A stretch of 64,000 bases of DNA from Camelus ferus (taxonomy: Eukaryota). Position 1 is the stretch's first letter; every line of letters begins with the position of its first letter. Both the position numbers and the translations under genes were made by a program. The stretch lies in assembly GCF_009834535.1 (NCBI RefSeq), contig NC_045697.1:41294001-41358000 (forward strand). The letters run 5' to 3'. Of the stretch, positions 13,215 to 26,519 are shown in pieces. The notes under the pieces were generated by a model that had not been told where the DNA came from, did not search any database, and saw only the letters and a program-made list of their open reading frames with translations.

Positions 13215-13364
13215 GTATTTTTTTTTTCAGCACAGCTAGTCTTCTATAAGAAAAACAGACCTTAATAATATTAGAGCAGTTATTCATTCACGGTAAATCA
13301 AAAGAGAAGCAACAATGAAGAGTCAACTCTGGAAAAGAGGGAGGTGGTTTTGGTGAATTGCTCT

Positions 13365-13438
13365 CTTTAAAAAAAAAAAAAAAGAAAGAGACTGAAACTG
13401 AACTCATATGCTTGAAGCACATGTGAGTCTGGTTTATT
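13365..13438 (-). terminator. Candidate minus-strand cleavage/polyadenylation site
   Basis: AATAAA (plus TTTATT 13433-13438) is followed on the minus strand by CA dinucleotides and a GU/U-rich element gttcagtttcagtctctttcttttttt. It sits at the end of a repeat-poor block of about 5 kb. Confidence 0.35.
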
Positions 13439-13806
13439 AAGGCATGGTAGAATGATTATTAGAAATACTACAGCTACTACTAATAAGCATTGTATTATTC
13501 ACATTACATATAAAAAGTCATGATATACAGCAACAAATAGTCATCTAGGAAATCAAACACGACTTTAACTACAGTGTGAGAAGAATTTAATGTGCTTTGT
13601 TCTATTTCTGACACGAACTCTATACAAGCAAAAAGGCTTCATTCCTTGCACATTTCATTAAATATACTCTATGATGTCCTGATCTTGCACAGGAAAGAAT
13701 CCACTAACTGAGTGAAAAGATTTTATGGCTCTTTATTTTGAATTGAAAATAGTTTACCAAGCTTTCGACCACCAAATCAGTAAGGATTATTGCACAATTG
13801 TTGTTG

Positions 13807-13848
13807 GTTTTGTTTGTTTTGTTTTGTTTTGTTTTGTTTTGTTTTGTT
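13807..13848. repeat. (GTTTT)n simple repeat
   Basis: Seen directly. Confidence 0.95.
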
Positions 13849-15649
13849 AATACTAAGTCTATAGCTTGCTGCATCAGTTAAAAGGAGGAATGCTGATATA
13901 TTACTGCTTAACTACTTCAGACCAGCTGTTAGAGAGATAAGGGTGATGGATGGTGCTTAGCTCCAAATGGTGAAATTGACCTAGTTTAAGCTACCAGACA
14001 GAACACGCAGATTTATCAACTACTCCCTAACATAAATATTTGGGAGTATATGACAAGTAAGTGCAACTGATTCTATCCAAACCTTAGAGTAAGGATTCCA
14101 GTATAAGTTGCAATAAATATTGAAAGAAGATGTGTCTTCCTTTCAAAAGCTCCCATTTGATGAAAATGAACATACTTCTATTTTAAGAGGAAAAGATTAT
14201 TTTATAACATGTCCAAACTATGTGGGCACACACTAGTGGACTTTGGAAAATATTTTAAAAATCCAGCAATTGAGAGTTGCTAACAACAGGAATCTATCAA
14301 ACCTAAGTCTTGGAGTAAATCATTCACATTGAAAAGTCCTGCTATTTTCTTTTATATATATATATATATTTATATATCTACTTTATATGTAAAATGGTGA
14401 ATTTAATTTAGTATAATTTAATTTAGTATAGCCGAATTTTAAAACAAAATGTTTACTGTGAAACTATATGACTAATAATATCCTAAACTTAAAAACTGGT
14501 GGCTTTTATATAAGGAAAGTGAGTGGGCATGAAGGGTGAAGCATAAAATACTTGAATAGTGTAGTTTCAAAAGTTTCAAAATTAAAATGGTGTATTTTTG
14601 CCTTTCCTCTCTTTCCTTTTTCCTCAGTGGTAATCATTGCATTGCATTTTATACAAATTATCCAGAGTAGAGCAAGGGAAAGAAGAAAGAGTCCAGCAGT
14701 GAAGAGAGATCCTTTGTTGGTAGCATGATCTGATGTGATTTAATGGAGTGGTAGGACATCACAAGAAAACCAAACAGCATAAGCAAACCAAATTTGGAAT
14801 AAATCTAATAATAGAGATCTCCCAGTAAGCATTTCCATCTAGATAAGATAATTTAAATATAATTTTTTAAATCCTGTGATTTTTAATAATTTTTTTAAAA
14901 GATAGGCATTATCTATTTGATAAGAGGTGCTAGTCAAGTAAGGGATAGAAAAGCAAACCTATTAGATTTGGATAAGGCTGAAGATAAACTTTTTGGGATG
15001 TCTCAACAAAAAAAGGGAAAAAATGATAGGAAAAAAGTGTTGGTTTTCATTTCACTTAGTGGCAGTCATTTGCTGTTGAAAAACTTTAATAGAAACATGG
15101 ATACACAGATTTACTTTCACAGTCAGTGTGAAGCCTAATGCAATAGGCAGAGAAACTAGTCGTGACTGGGTTTATGGCAGGTTTTCAGTTCACAAAGAGC
15201 ACAAGCCTGAACAAGCCAACATGAGTCACTTCATGAAGTTGTATCATAATAATATTACCATAAAGATTTCTAGGTGAATGGCCTCTGTGGACTCTAAAAT
15301 ATCCTGGTAAATAATCCAATATGTTATGCTAGACATTTCCTGAAAGTTTTATGTCTCACTGTAAGGCATACTCTATAATTTCCTCGGGGTACCAAGTTAT
15401 ACATTTAGTTGCAAAATGTCAAAAATGCATTTTGTAGCAAAAAGAAAGCAGTAAGATAAATCTTCAAAGAGGCAATGTAAATTTTTCACATTTTTCAGAA
15501 TGAGAAAGTAATTCAACTTAACTGTGTTACTAAATGAGAAACTTTTTTTTTTTTTTTTTGTGGAGGATGTTAAAACATTGATACTGACAGGGAGGCGAAA
15601 TGAAGAGGCCGACAGCATGGTTACCGGTAAGGAGTTTCGTAGTCACACT

Positions 15650-15840
15650 GAATGAGTCCCTGGTTTATTTTGTATCACTGGGCAAATCTTATACTAATCT
15701 CTTTTTGTTTTCATTTTCTCAACTATAAAAAAGGGGTAATAATACCAATCTGTCTCAGAGGGGTGTGGCGAGAATTAACTAAGGCCCATAAAAGGTTTTA
15801 AAGGCCAAGGATGAAAGACACCATACTAAGTACAAGCCTC
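15650..15840 (+). mobile_element. MIR SINE
   Basis: ctgggcaaatc...ttttctcaactataaaaaaggggtaataatacc...ctcagaggggtgtggcgagaattaa is the MIR core. Confidence 0.75.
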
Positions 15841-17628
15841 ATCATTAGCCCTGAAGTTGTTGGAATATAAAAACTCATTTGTTGTTGGCAAAATTCTGAA
15901 GCATCAAATAAGAATACACTTTTCTGGATTTTTGTGACTCATATTTATTAATTGATTCATAAGTGTGTTTTATTTAGGTGTTCTATATTAAATTTTTCAA
16001 CCTAGGCTAATCAAAAACTGAAGGGAATACTAGTTTAAAAATGGTAATTATAGCCAGTTAGAGTTAAAAGTGTATATTTTATTTGCTTTTTGTGTCACCT
16101 CTGTGTGTCATCAATGAGCTAATCAGGTGTTTCTTTCCAAAGAATGATTAAGTCTAGAAGAGCTTCTTGGGGTTACATGAAAGAATGAAACATTTTAATT
16201 TGTTGCCACCATTTAGCATCAAGGTAAAAATGAGTCTTCTTAGAATAAAGATTCTGCCTGAGTCAGGACACAATCAAGGGAAGTATGTTTCTCTAAATGC
16301 CTGAATTTAGAAGCCAACAGGAAAAGTATACGAGAACAGTAATTTCATTTTCAGAAATATGACTCCTATTGCACCCCCCTTCCCCATGACATTGAATCTC
16401 TTGGATGCCAAATGACTAATACGAAAACAGAAAAACGTTGTGATGAATCAGTTATCTCTGTGTTTTGTAAGGGGAAAAAATATTTGTCACCTACTTTTAG
16501 ATGAAACTAAATAGCATTTTGATTTCATTAAATTTCTACAGCTAGTGCTAAGTAAGTGAACAATCTTACCCTTTGAAATATCACTTCATTTATAGGTAGT
16601 TTGTAAATAATTACAACTGGAGCCAATAAGATTCTGGAGATATTATTTCCTAGTTAAATAATTTCTCAGTTGGATGAAATCTTGGATGACATAAATTAGC
16701 AATGAAACTGTCATACTTCAGAGTTCTGCTTTTCTTAGGCTTTGAAAAATGTACTGAGTTTTTAGTGATAGTCTTTCCTTAGGTCGGTTCATGGGAACAA
16801 CTCATTACTGATGTTTATTTTGCCTTGGGTTGGGCTGTAAAACTACTCTACAATAATATAACTTAGGAGGCTGTTATTTTAGAATTATTATATCCTATGC
16901 TGGTTGTGGTCAAGACTCGAAAACCAGTAATATGTCTTTAAAACATTTACTATTGCTATTAAAAAAAAAAAAGATTTAGTTTCTCTCCAGACAGAATTTC
17001 ATTAATGCTCCACTTCATATAATTTTGTTACTGCTGTTAAAAACTCATCTATCCTTTACCTAGTTCTGAATGTAAACATTAACTGTCAAGGTTGATAGCC
17101 ATGCAATTAACCAGCTTGATTTTGGCTAGAAGATGAATGATTCACTACTTTCTTATGTCTGATGAGTGGTCAGAACACTGTATTTAAAATGGCTCCATCC
17201 CAGAGGGAGAATCTTATGGGTTTCACTGCCCAACCCACTCAGAAAAAATAAGTCATGGAGGTTATAGCTGAGTACTGACTGAGCATAAAATTATAAAGAC
17301 ATTGTATAACCTGATCATCTTGCCAATGTTATAAAAATGGCTTTCATTTTTCACATTGTTAAGTTTAAAAATTTAAGGCTTTTCAGATATTAGGAGATAT
17401 TGTCCAAGTTATCTTTTGGTTTAGTTATTCTTTTTGCATCTGAAGACTTGAAAGCCTCCATAATAAACAAACACCATATTTTTGCTTTGCTGGGCATCTA
17501 ACTCTTTTTGCAGTCACAGATCTATACTCTGTGAAACAAAAATATTTCTCCTTTCCTGGTTTGTTATGTACTATCTCTTTTAGTTGATAGAAATAAACTG
17601 TTCTCATCTCCAGTGACTGAATCAGCAA

Positions 17629-17660
17629 TTACTTTGCAGGTTCCTCTGCCTGAAGATTGT
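17629..17660 (-). CDS. Tentative last coding segment (D)NLQAEEPAK* of the candidate small ORF
   Basis: Acceptor atatttttag|AC has only a weak pyrimidine tract; phase 1 is compatible with the exon at 28303-28416. An alternative acceptor 11 nt downstream gives GRGTCKVIADSVTGDENSLFLSTKRDST*. Confidence 0.15.
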
Positions 17661-18494
17661 CTAAAAATATTTCTCTGTTTATTTCTGCTTAAAATTAGAT
17701 GAGAGTAAAAGCAAGTCTTTTTATTCTTTTTGATGTATGTGTTATATTTTATTATATCAGACAATAGATGAGTATGCTTTATTAGAATATCATCTAGAAT
17801 TTAGTAAAAAAATAAAAAAAGAACTAACACATTCTATGTAATACAATTCAACAAAGGTGTATTCAGAATGTTTTATCTGGAGAGGAGGAGGGATAAGTAA
17901 AAGCTCTTTGTCCTTATGGAACTTGACATGCTTCTGAGATAGAGCAGGAGGTGTTTGGTCAGTTTGATAAAATGACCAGATATAATGCAAGAGACTGTAG
18001 AATGCTATGGCCCAAACACACTGAGCAGAATATAATTTTAGTAGCCAGAATGATCTTGTGGGATCTTCAAATTAAACTTTTATTTTATTGATGAAATTCT
18101 GGATATTATAAGGCATGATGTGATTAGTAATACATTTGTATCTAGTCAAATTATCACAGTCTTGATTTTTTATGACCTCTAGGGGTGAAAGGATAATTCA
18201 TAGATGATCCTCATCCTTAATTTAGTTAATAGTTTCTAAATTTTCTCTTACCAAACTTCTTAAACTTTTAATGAGTAAAATTTAAATGTTTTTCCCCCTA
18301 TGTGATAGTTCATTATTTTCATTTAAATAACCTATATGAAGGTAGTCAAGGAATGAAGGGTTCAAAGAATAAAGTTTATGTGATATAAAATACGGAAAAT
18401 ATGTAAAATACCAGCATTTGGTTGCTTAAGAATTGATTTCAGGCTGAGGCATTCATTGGCTCCTGACTTGACATAAGAAACTATTAAGCAGGTA

Positions 18495-19790
18495 GTCATT
18501 TATTCAGCTATGTTTAACATTCTGCGTAGCATTTAGGACTCAGAACTTAAAAACTTGTGATCCTTACTCTTAAAGAATTCAGTCTAGTGGAATAGGCAAA
18601 TGCATGAGGAAACAAATTGAATACACAGAAAGAAGTGCTCTGGTAGATGCTGGGAACGTCAGGGATGGCTTCACAGAGGAGCTGAACTCTTGATACTCTT
18701 GAAGACACAATGGGAATTTGCTATATAAAGAAGAGGAGGAAAGGGCATTTCAGGCAAAGAGGACAAAATGTGCAAAGGCATCGAGTTTTAAAAAGATATA
18801 TGAGAAGCTCACTGTGGTTTGGAGCTTGAGGTTGCGGTGGGGAGTGGAAGGAAATGAAATTGGAACAATACATTGGAGTTACATCTTGCAGGGCATCATA
18901 CGCAGACAAAAGAACTTGGCTTTTACAGAGTAGCTAGTGGGAAATCAGGGGGAATCATTAAACAAAACAGAGGGCGTAATAATATTTGTTTGTTAGTAAG
19001 ATAATCCTTGCAGGAGTGTAAAAATGGATAGTAGGAGAGACTGATGGGGGAGGTGACCGGATGGGGCACTATCATTAGCCTGGGACAGAAGTCAGAAGAG
19101 TCTGAGTTGAATTAGTGGCAGTGGAAACAGGAGATAATGGTCATGTTTTGAATATATTTCTGAAAGAAAATAGATGGGATTTGGATGTAGCTGGTTAAAA
19201 GAGGAGGGACTCCAGAATCAGTTTCTTACTTGGGAAATTTGAGGATGTTGATTCCATTAACCATAATGGGAAAGGAAGGACTATTTAAAGAGATATTATT
19301 ATTTTAGTTTTTTTAATGTATTAGGTTGAATTGCCTATGGCCAAGTTGATAATTGTTTGAAAAAGCTGGTGTGGAACTTGAAGATAGGATAGAATTGGAG
19401 ATACAGACTTAGGAACCATGAACATAGAAAATACTTCTAGAATGTGGATTAAATCATGTATCTATAAATATAGAAGGAAAGGCTACCAAGGATGAAACTG
19501 TGGAAAACATCAACACTTAAGACAGTGTCCCTCGTGCATTTTCAACTCATTCCTCCCTTTGAAAATATAAAAATCTCCGCTTACCTCTAACTATGGCAAT
19601 TCAGATATTTCCCCTTGAAAGCCCATACTTTCTTGTTTTCTCCTCTCCTCTATTTCTTTTAAGAATTTCTAATTGAAGAAGCAGTCTGAGCAGAAGGAAC
19701 TATTGAAGAAAACAGAGGGGTTCTTAGAGTAGTAGGGGGAAAATCATGACTGGATGGTGACTTAGAAGCCAAGGTCATATTAGTATCACA
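18495..19790 (-). mobile_element. L2 (long antisense fragment)
   Basis: tcatttattcag...ccttactcttaaagaattcagtctagtgg...gtcagggatggcttcacagaggag...gggcatttcaggcaaagagg...ggatagaattggagatacagacttagga. Confidence 0.8.
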
Positions 19791-20437
19791 TCCCTAATGC
19801 AAAGCCTGACCAAATCATATGAATCGAATCTGGGCGTCACCTTCCTTCATGGAACTGTGTAGAATGGATGACTTGGGTGCCTGTGCCCAGTAGAGCCATA
19901 GAAGTTTGAGTCCTTCACTTCCCTTAAGTCCCCCAGCATGCTTGGAAGTGTGCATGTAGTTTCTGCTCCCCGTTGGGGACATGGAGACTTCACCTCCACC
20001 TCCAATTACCTTTCTCTTGAACGGAGCTGAGTTAGGAGTAGAACGGATGGAAGGAGGAATCTGAACATGTATAGGAAGAGAATGGCTCTATGCCAGTAAG
20101 CAAAGCACTTTTGTTTTCCATTTTGAGTGACTCAGTGACTGCTCATGGCTCAGCTCAGACTACCTAAAGCCCTCTATTAGCTCTAGGGATTCCTTGACCC
20201 TTTGCCTTCTTTCCCAGAGGAGGGTGAACAACAAATAAAGCACCATTTAAGTGATTTATTTCAATCCTGTCTCTTGCCACAAAGATACTAAACATTTACA
20301 AATGAGTCGGACAGTAGGGGTCCCCTTCCTCCTCCCATCAGCCCTTGTCTACTGCTTGGGCCAGAACTTCACTACCAAATGGATCCTGGGGAGTCTTCTC
20401 TTAAACTCTTGTCCTTTCTCTTTGAGAAAGCTGTATC

Positions 20438-20952
20438 TGTTAGTATCCCATTCTTGTACCAAAGGCTGTCAAATTAGCTAACACAGTTTTGTGGATGCTG
20501 GCAAAAGACATGAGACTCCTAGGTCAGGAAAAAAGGACTTTATTATACATAATGCATTGGGCGGCATGAGTTTCAAGTTTGTGTCATTTGTACCCCTACA
20601 AGTCGTAAGAGAGGTGATGTGCAGCAGTCCAGGGGAGTGCTGCACAAGCAGTGGGTTTGCATCACCATGAGGAACCTCTGAGGACCCTGAACTTAGGAAC
20701 CCCCAATCAATTTTAAGGTGGCTGCAAGCAGACTTTGCCAACCTTTGCCCTGGAGGGAAAAATCTTAATTGTACTGTGCAGCAGACAAACCTGCCTCCTA
20801 CTCTAAAGAGATATACTCCTTCTGTCTTCCAGGGTTGTTCTCTATACAAACATCCTTGAAAAGATAACCAAGGAAGAAAAAAAAGAAGTAAATTCCTTTG
20901 CTTGCATGATATGCAGAAATGTGAGCAATCCCTGGAGAACTATTTCCCAACA
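20438..20952 (-). mobile_element. LTR40-type (ERVL) solo LTR
   Basis: Reverse complement begins tgttgggaaatagttctccaggg...tttctgcatatc...tatcttttcaaggatgtttgtatagagaacaaccctggaaga, as in the LTR40 consensus. TG...CA ends, about 515 bp. Confidence 0.8.
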
Positions 20953-21364
20953 AGTAGGTTCTAACTATTCTTTTCTTCCTCCCTCTCTTAAACCCTCCCT
21001 TTTTGTATTTTCTCCTCTTTATTTGCTTTTAAGATACAATTTGATCCATAAAATTATTTTTTAATAATAGGTATCCTGTAATGACAAAATTCAGTAGAAA
21101 TAAAAATCTGTCTTTAAATTTATGAAAATAAAATTCAGGCCCAAACTGTTATGGCGGCAAAGAGTGGCAAGAGAATATTTGGGAAATATTTTTTTAATTC
21201 TATTTTTTGAAGTAGATACTTTATGAACTTTAATAAAAATACAAAATCAGGAATAATCTTTTTGACAAAATTTCACACACTGTTTATGATACTAACTTAA
21301 TTACAATCACACATTGAGTAGAAGTTATTTCTAAAATCACAGCACTAATAAGCTTCGTGAAATT

Positions 21365-21720
21365 GACAAACACTGTATGTTGTCACTTAGATGTGGAATC
21401 TAAAAAATAAAACAAACAAATGAATATAACAAATCAGAAACAGACTCACAGATATAGAGAACTACTTGTTACCAGGGAGGAGAGAGAAGGCGGAGAGGTA
21501 AGGAAAGGAGTAGGGGATTGAGAGATACAAACTACTATGTATAAAATTAATAAGCTACAGGAATATATGTACAGTACAGAGAATATAGCCAATATTTTAC
21601 AATAACTTTAAATGGAATATAATTATAAAAATATTGAATCACAATGTTGTACACCTGAAACTAATGTAATATTGAAAATCAACCATATTTCAATAAAAAT
21701 TAATTAAATTAATAAATCAG
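21365..21720 (+). mobile_element. 5'-truncated L1 3' end (cetartiodactyl type)
   Basis: atgtggaatctaaaaaataaaac...gaaacagactcacagatatagagaac...gagatacaaactactatgtataaaat...tgtacacctgaaactaat...ttcaataaaaa. Confidence 0.9.
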
Positions 21721-22149
21721 CTTTAAAAAATGAGTGTAAATAATAGGTGTAAAAGCCTGTCACAGAGTAGATGCTCAGCAAGTGTGCTTGTTAATATTAT
21801 TACTGTAGCTGATACATTTGTTGTGGTACTTTAATTCATTTCCAGTAATAAAATTCGTTTTACAAAAAATAAAAAATAAAATCACAACAAAATTATTTTA
21901 TCTGTTTTTGCCTAGTTAGAAAATTCATAGGCAAAAGTAAAATAAAAATTTTTAAATTGATATTACTTCATTTAGCATATGTGATGTGGTCATTAAATAG
22001 TAGAAAACATAAATTTCTGTAAGATAATATCAGGTGAAATAATTTTATTTATTGGACTAACACATGTATACATACATCATCTTTACTGTAAATATTAGAA
22101 GATAGGGGTCAAACTACACAAACTGCCACAAATCTAGATGACTGTAATA

Positions 22150-22475
22150 CACTATGTGGATAGCATTATTGCTGTTCACTTAGTTCTTCCCCTCTGTTTC
22201 CAGACAGACAAGAGGATTGCACTTACCTGCCTCCTTGACGGGAGGTGTAGCCATGCAGCCAGCTTTGGCTTATGTACTGTGTGTAGAACTGATATATATC
22301 ACTCTCAGGAGAAAATTTATTGCCAGTGTCGTGAAAGCACATGCTGATTAGGAGCTGCCATTATACCATAGCAGTCTAGAAAGTGGACCACAGAGAAAAG
22401 CACGCCTCAGAGGACTTCGTGTGAGCAAGGATTAAACTTTGTTTCTGTTAACCCCCTGACATTTGAGGTCTTGCT
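22150..22475 (+). mobile_element. MLT1 (MaLR) LTR
   Basis: ggattgcacttacctgcctccttga...gtagccatg...ctttggc...gtgagcaaggattaaactttgtttctgttaacccc...gacatttgagg. Confidence 0.7.
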
Positions 22476-23132
22476 CTTCTTTTCACTTCTCACTGAACCT
22501 CTGCTTTATAATGATGCTACTACATCTTGTTTATTCTGAACTCTGATGCATATTGAATACTGTATCAGCATTGTAGGTCTAACACATACCCCCGCCCACC
22601 ACACACATGCACAAACTGTCCACTGTCATACTTTAATGCCATTGGGTCTCACTGTAAGATCTAGACTCAGTGGTATGGACAGTAGGTCTATGTATGTGTG
22701 CTCTTGAGTCCTAAATGAACTAGTTCACTTTGGGTCCAAGCTCAGAATGTTTGTGAGAAAGATCTATCTCACATTTACATGGAGAAGTTTTTTGTCTTTA
22801 AAGCAGATGGTAAATCTACACTCCAGGCAATTGTGGTGACTTGAAAGCTATCCTTGAAAGGTACTGATATAATGCATAGCAACTTGTAGATCACTTGTGA
22901 GATTTATTTTTTTTCTGCTCGAAGTTCCAAGAGGCCTGACTTTTAGGGTGTAATGTATCTTATGTCTTTTTTTAAAATCTGCTCTTCTTTGATAGGATAT
23001 AGTTTTTGAGGAAACTATTTTATTTAAATAAACTTAAATGAATTTAAAATACCATGTTATAATGCTTCTGATTATTTTTGTATCCCAAGTATTTAAAATA
23101 AAATGTTTACAAATGGAAATAATAAATACAAA

Positions 23133-24135
23133 GTCATTCATTCTTTTAACCAGTGTTTATTGAGTGCCTATTTTCAGCCAAAAATTGTACTAAGCACTGA
23201 GAATACAACAGAGAACAAAAAACAGGCCCAGTTCCAATTTTCATGGTCAGACACAAATAAATAAATAAAATGAATATATAGTTATAAACTGAGATTGTGA
23301 TCTAAGAGAGAGAAATATAATTCTGTGAGAACATGCAGTGAAGAAAACTAACCTATACTGGAAGTCAGAAAAAATTTTCCTGATTTCCAAAATATGAATG
23401 GGAGTCAGCTGGGGAAATGGAGGATGAAGGGAGGGCATTGAAGCATGTTCTAGATGGGGAGGACAGCATGAGCAGAGGCCCTCTGACACGAGGGAGCGTG
23501 GTGCATTACACATGGCAGCAGTACAGAGAGTGAGGGAGGCCCTCTGACATGAGGGAGCATGGTGCATTACACATGGCAGGAGTACAGAGAGTGAGGGAAG
23601 AGTGGACCAGACAGTGTTAGTTTTATAGTCCTTCTAATGGAGCTCGGTCTTTATCTTAAGAGCAATGAGAACCATCAAAAGATTTTAAACCTGAGGCTTA
23701 TGTGACCAGATTAAGTTTTTATAAAGAACATTCTGGTAGCAGCATGAAAAATGTGTTGCAAAGAGGCCAGGCTAGATGTAAAGGAGACCAATTGAAAGAC
23801 TATCACAGTAGATCACAGAATAAAAAAGGGAAACTAGAGTAGTGGCAATGGTGGTGGAGTAAAGTGAACTACAAGAGAGATACTTTGGATTCAGTTTCTA
23901 GGACTTATGGATTGGGTGTGCTGGGTAAGGGAAGGGTTGATGTCAAGATACTGCACCTAATTCCCTGGCTTGTATAACTGGGTGGATGGTAGTGATTTCA
24001 CTGAGGTTACAGTGGAAGAGAAACTGATTTGAATATGGGTGCATATAGGAAAGGATCATGAATTCATTGTGAGACTTGTAGGGTTGAAATGCCTTTTAGC
24101 TAGCCATGGGGAAATTTTAAGTAGACATTTGAGAA
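23133..24135 (-). mobile_element. L2a fragment including the 3' terminus
   Basis: tcattcattc...gtttattgagtgcctatt...ctaagcactgagaataca...ggagctcggtctttatcttaagagcaatgagaaccatc. Confidence 0.85.
23475..23598. repeat. 61-bp tandem duplication (2 copies)
   Basis: gaggccctctgacaYgagggagcRtggtgcattacacatggcagSagtacagagagtgagg occurs at 23475 and 23536 with 3 mismatches. Confidence 0.95.
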
Positions 24136-24211
24136 TATATATGTGAGTGGCAGAAAATCCAAAATAACAAGGGCTTAAGAAAGAAGACTTTGCCTCCATA
24201 AAAGTTTAGTA

Positions 24212-24522
24212 CAGAGCTGTCCAGTAGAAATACAATGTAAGTCATGTATGTAATTAAAATGTTTCTACTAACCAGTTAAAAATGTAAAAAGAAACAGTAG
24301 TAATTAATTTTATTAATGTATTTTACTCAGCCAGTGTATCCAAAATGTTATAATTGGACATGTAATCAATATAAAATTATTGAGTTATCTTACATTCTTT
24401 TTTTCATACTAAATCTTCAAAATCTGATACATATTTTGTACTTGCAGCTCAGTTTGAACTAGCCATATTTCAAATGCTCAGTAGCCACATAAGGCTAAAG
24501 AGTGCTGTATGGAACAGCACAG
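24212..24522 (-). mobile_element. MER33 (hAT-Charlie MITE)
   Basis: cagagctgtccagtagaaatacaatg...atgtaatcaatataaaattattgag...ctagccatatttcaaatgctcagtagccacat...ggaacagcacag. Flanks gtttagta/gtctagag resemble the Charlie NTCTAGAN target. Confidence 0.88.
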
Positions 24523-26048
24523 GTCTAGAGGTAGGAGGTCCAAAGATGATACAATATTTTACAGTCTGAGAGACCCACCTTCTTCTGCATGGCCTTCATT
24601 TACAAAGTCACTTCTTAGTCCAGAGGTGCAGCTCCATTCATTAAGTCTGTATTTCAGCTAGCAGGGAAGAGTCAGAAAGGAAAGAGAAAAATTTATCTTT
24701 TCCCTTTAAGGTTAGTTCTCAGAAACATATATACTACTTTTATCTACATCCTCTTGGTCTGAATTTAGTCACATGACTTGAAGACCATGTACTTAACTAC
24801 AAGGGAGGTTGGAAAATATAGCTTTATTTTGGGTGGCCACGTGACTAGTACAGATCAAGAGTTCTGTTGCTACAAAATCTACTGGAGTACAATCATCAGT
24901 CTTTTCCAGTGTTGGCTCTGTACACCCTTCTTCCTACATAAATAATGCATTTGTTGCTGTCTTTCTAAGAGAGACAATTCCAAAGTCAGTCATATCAAAG
25001 CCTCAAAATCTAGGATCTGAATGATGTACGGTATTTCCTACCCGGTCCCAATTTGGCTCCTCTTGTTTCAGTGACCATAAACTAAAGGATAAGTTATTTG
25101 CTTCCCTTTTCCTATACTATGGTGGTATAGGAGCAGGGTAGCTAAAAAAGACACACCCATTTGGGAAAGGGGAGAAAGGGTGAAACCCAAATCCTAATAT
25201 ACAGAAATGGGGAAGATTGTCTTCTCTGGGAGGAGAGTAAGTTCTGGGTTATCCCTTCCTCTCCCCACCCCCTTTAGAAGCTCTGGTTCTGCTCCCCTGG
25301 AGAAAGTCCTTTGCCCATCAACCTATGTAGCCCTGTCACTACCCTCTAGGGGATTCTTCCTTATTCGTTATCTTTACATCTCCACAATGAGGTAGGCATT
25401 GGAGAGGATACTGCACTATATCTATTACTTTCTGCTGATTCAGATTTAGATGTCCAGTGTGTTATAGGTGTTGAACAATCACAGCTTTTTGCAGGCTAGA
25501 CTTGTGAGAATTCTTTGGCAACAAAATTCCTCCCAAATTTACTTGACTTCCAGTCTGTTTGCACTGGTCAGTTTCATATGTAAGTAACCACAGCCAAAAT
25601 ACTTGTCATTTTTTTTTCATGAAAACTCTGGTCTCTATTGGTAGCCTTTGAGTTCTCCTCATTCCCATCAACTTAATGATGGCTATGAAGTCAACTAAAG
25701 CAATGGGCTGATTATTAAAAGGCAAAATCTCAAATCTGTCTTTTTAAACAGCTTTGGTAAGATAGGGCATATGTACTGTTAAGACTGGAGTTTCTAAGAC
25801 ACTGCTTAAAACTGTTTCAGTTGGGAGAGAGAATGCTCGGCTTTTAAAATCGAGAGATTCTAATTGATCAGATTTTCAGTGTCCTTTGATTGCAGGCTAT
25901 CGGCAGAATAGGTCTCTCAGCAGAGCTGAAGTTCTTCCCACCTTTGCTTGAAGTCTGGCTAGCTCTAGCTCAACCTTGTAAGAATTTGACACAGCCAACA
26001 AGTATTCTGATTTCTTTTTTCTAATCATTTCCCAAGTACTACATTCTT

Positions 26049-26519
26049 TTTTTTTTTTTTTTTTTTTGGTGAAAATAAGAAAGAGCTAGAGGTGCAGAGA
26101 GGAGAAGTGTGCACAGGAGAGAGACAGAGAGACAGAGACAGGCCTCTCAAGCTCAAGGGAGTTAAGAGGCTGAGATTTACCGAATCCTCCTGGCTGGCTG
26201 GCCAAAGATGATGTGGGAGAATAGGTTCTTGCCACACATAGGAAAGAATTCAAGAGCAAGGCATAGTAGAGTGAAAGCAAGTTTATTTAGAGATATACAC
26301 ACTCCATGGACAGAGTGTGCTCTCTCTCTCTCTCAGAAGGGAAAATGGCTTAGGAGATAACACACTCCTTAGGTAGAATGTGGGCCATTTCAGAAAGGTG
26401 AGAAGGAGAGAATCCAAGAGGTCTGGGGTGTTTAGTTTAAAGTAAAAGGAGATACACAGTCCATAGACGGAGTGCGGGCCATCTCAGAAGGTGAAGATAG
26501 AATGACAGAGTGAGAGCCA
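26049..26519 (-). mobile_element. L1-mediated retrocopy of an ERV-LTR-like transcript (poly(A) tail, 18-bp TSD)
   Basis: Exact direct repeat cccaagtactacattctt at 26031-26048 and 26520-26537, with a T21 run at 26047-26067. The body carries LTR R/U5-like sequence (aataaacttgctttcact...cttgaattctttcct on the minus strand). Confidence 0.8.

Noticed and set aside
16770..17710. Plus-strand acceptor-like sites (about 16782, 16990, 17513, 17639)
   Set aside because: No matching strong donors, and the frames I translated hit stops quickly.
20120..20160. AP-1-like TGACTCA cluster (others near 41048 and 53537)
   Set aside because: Seven-base motifs occur several times per 64 kb by chance; an enhancer cannot be called from sequence alone.
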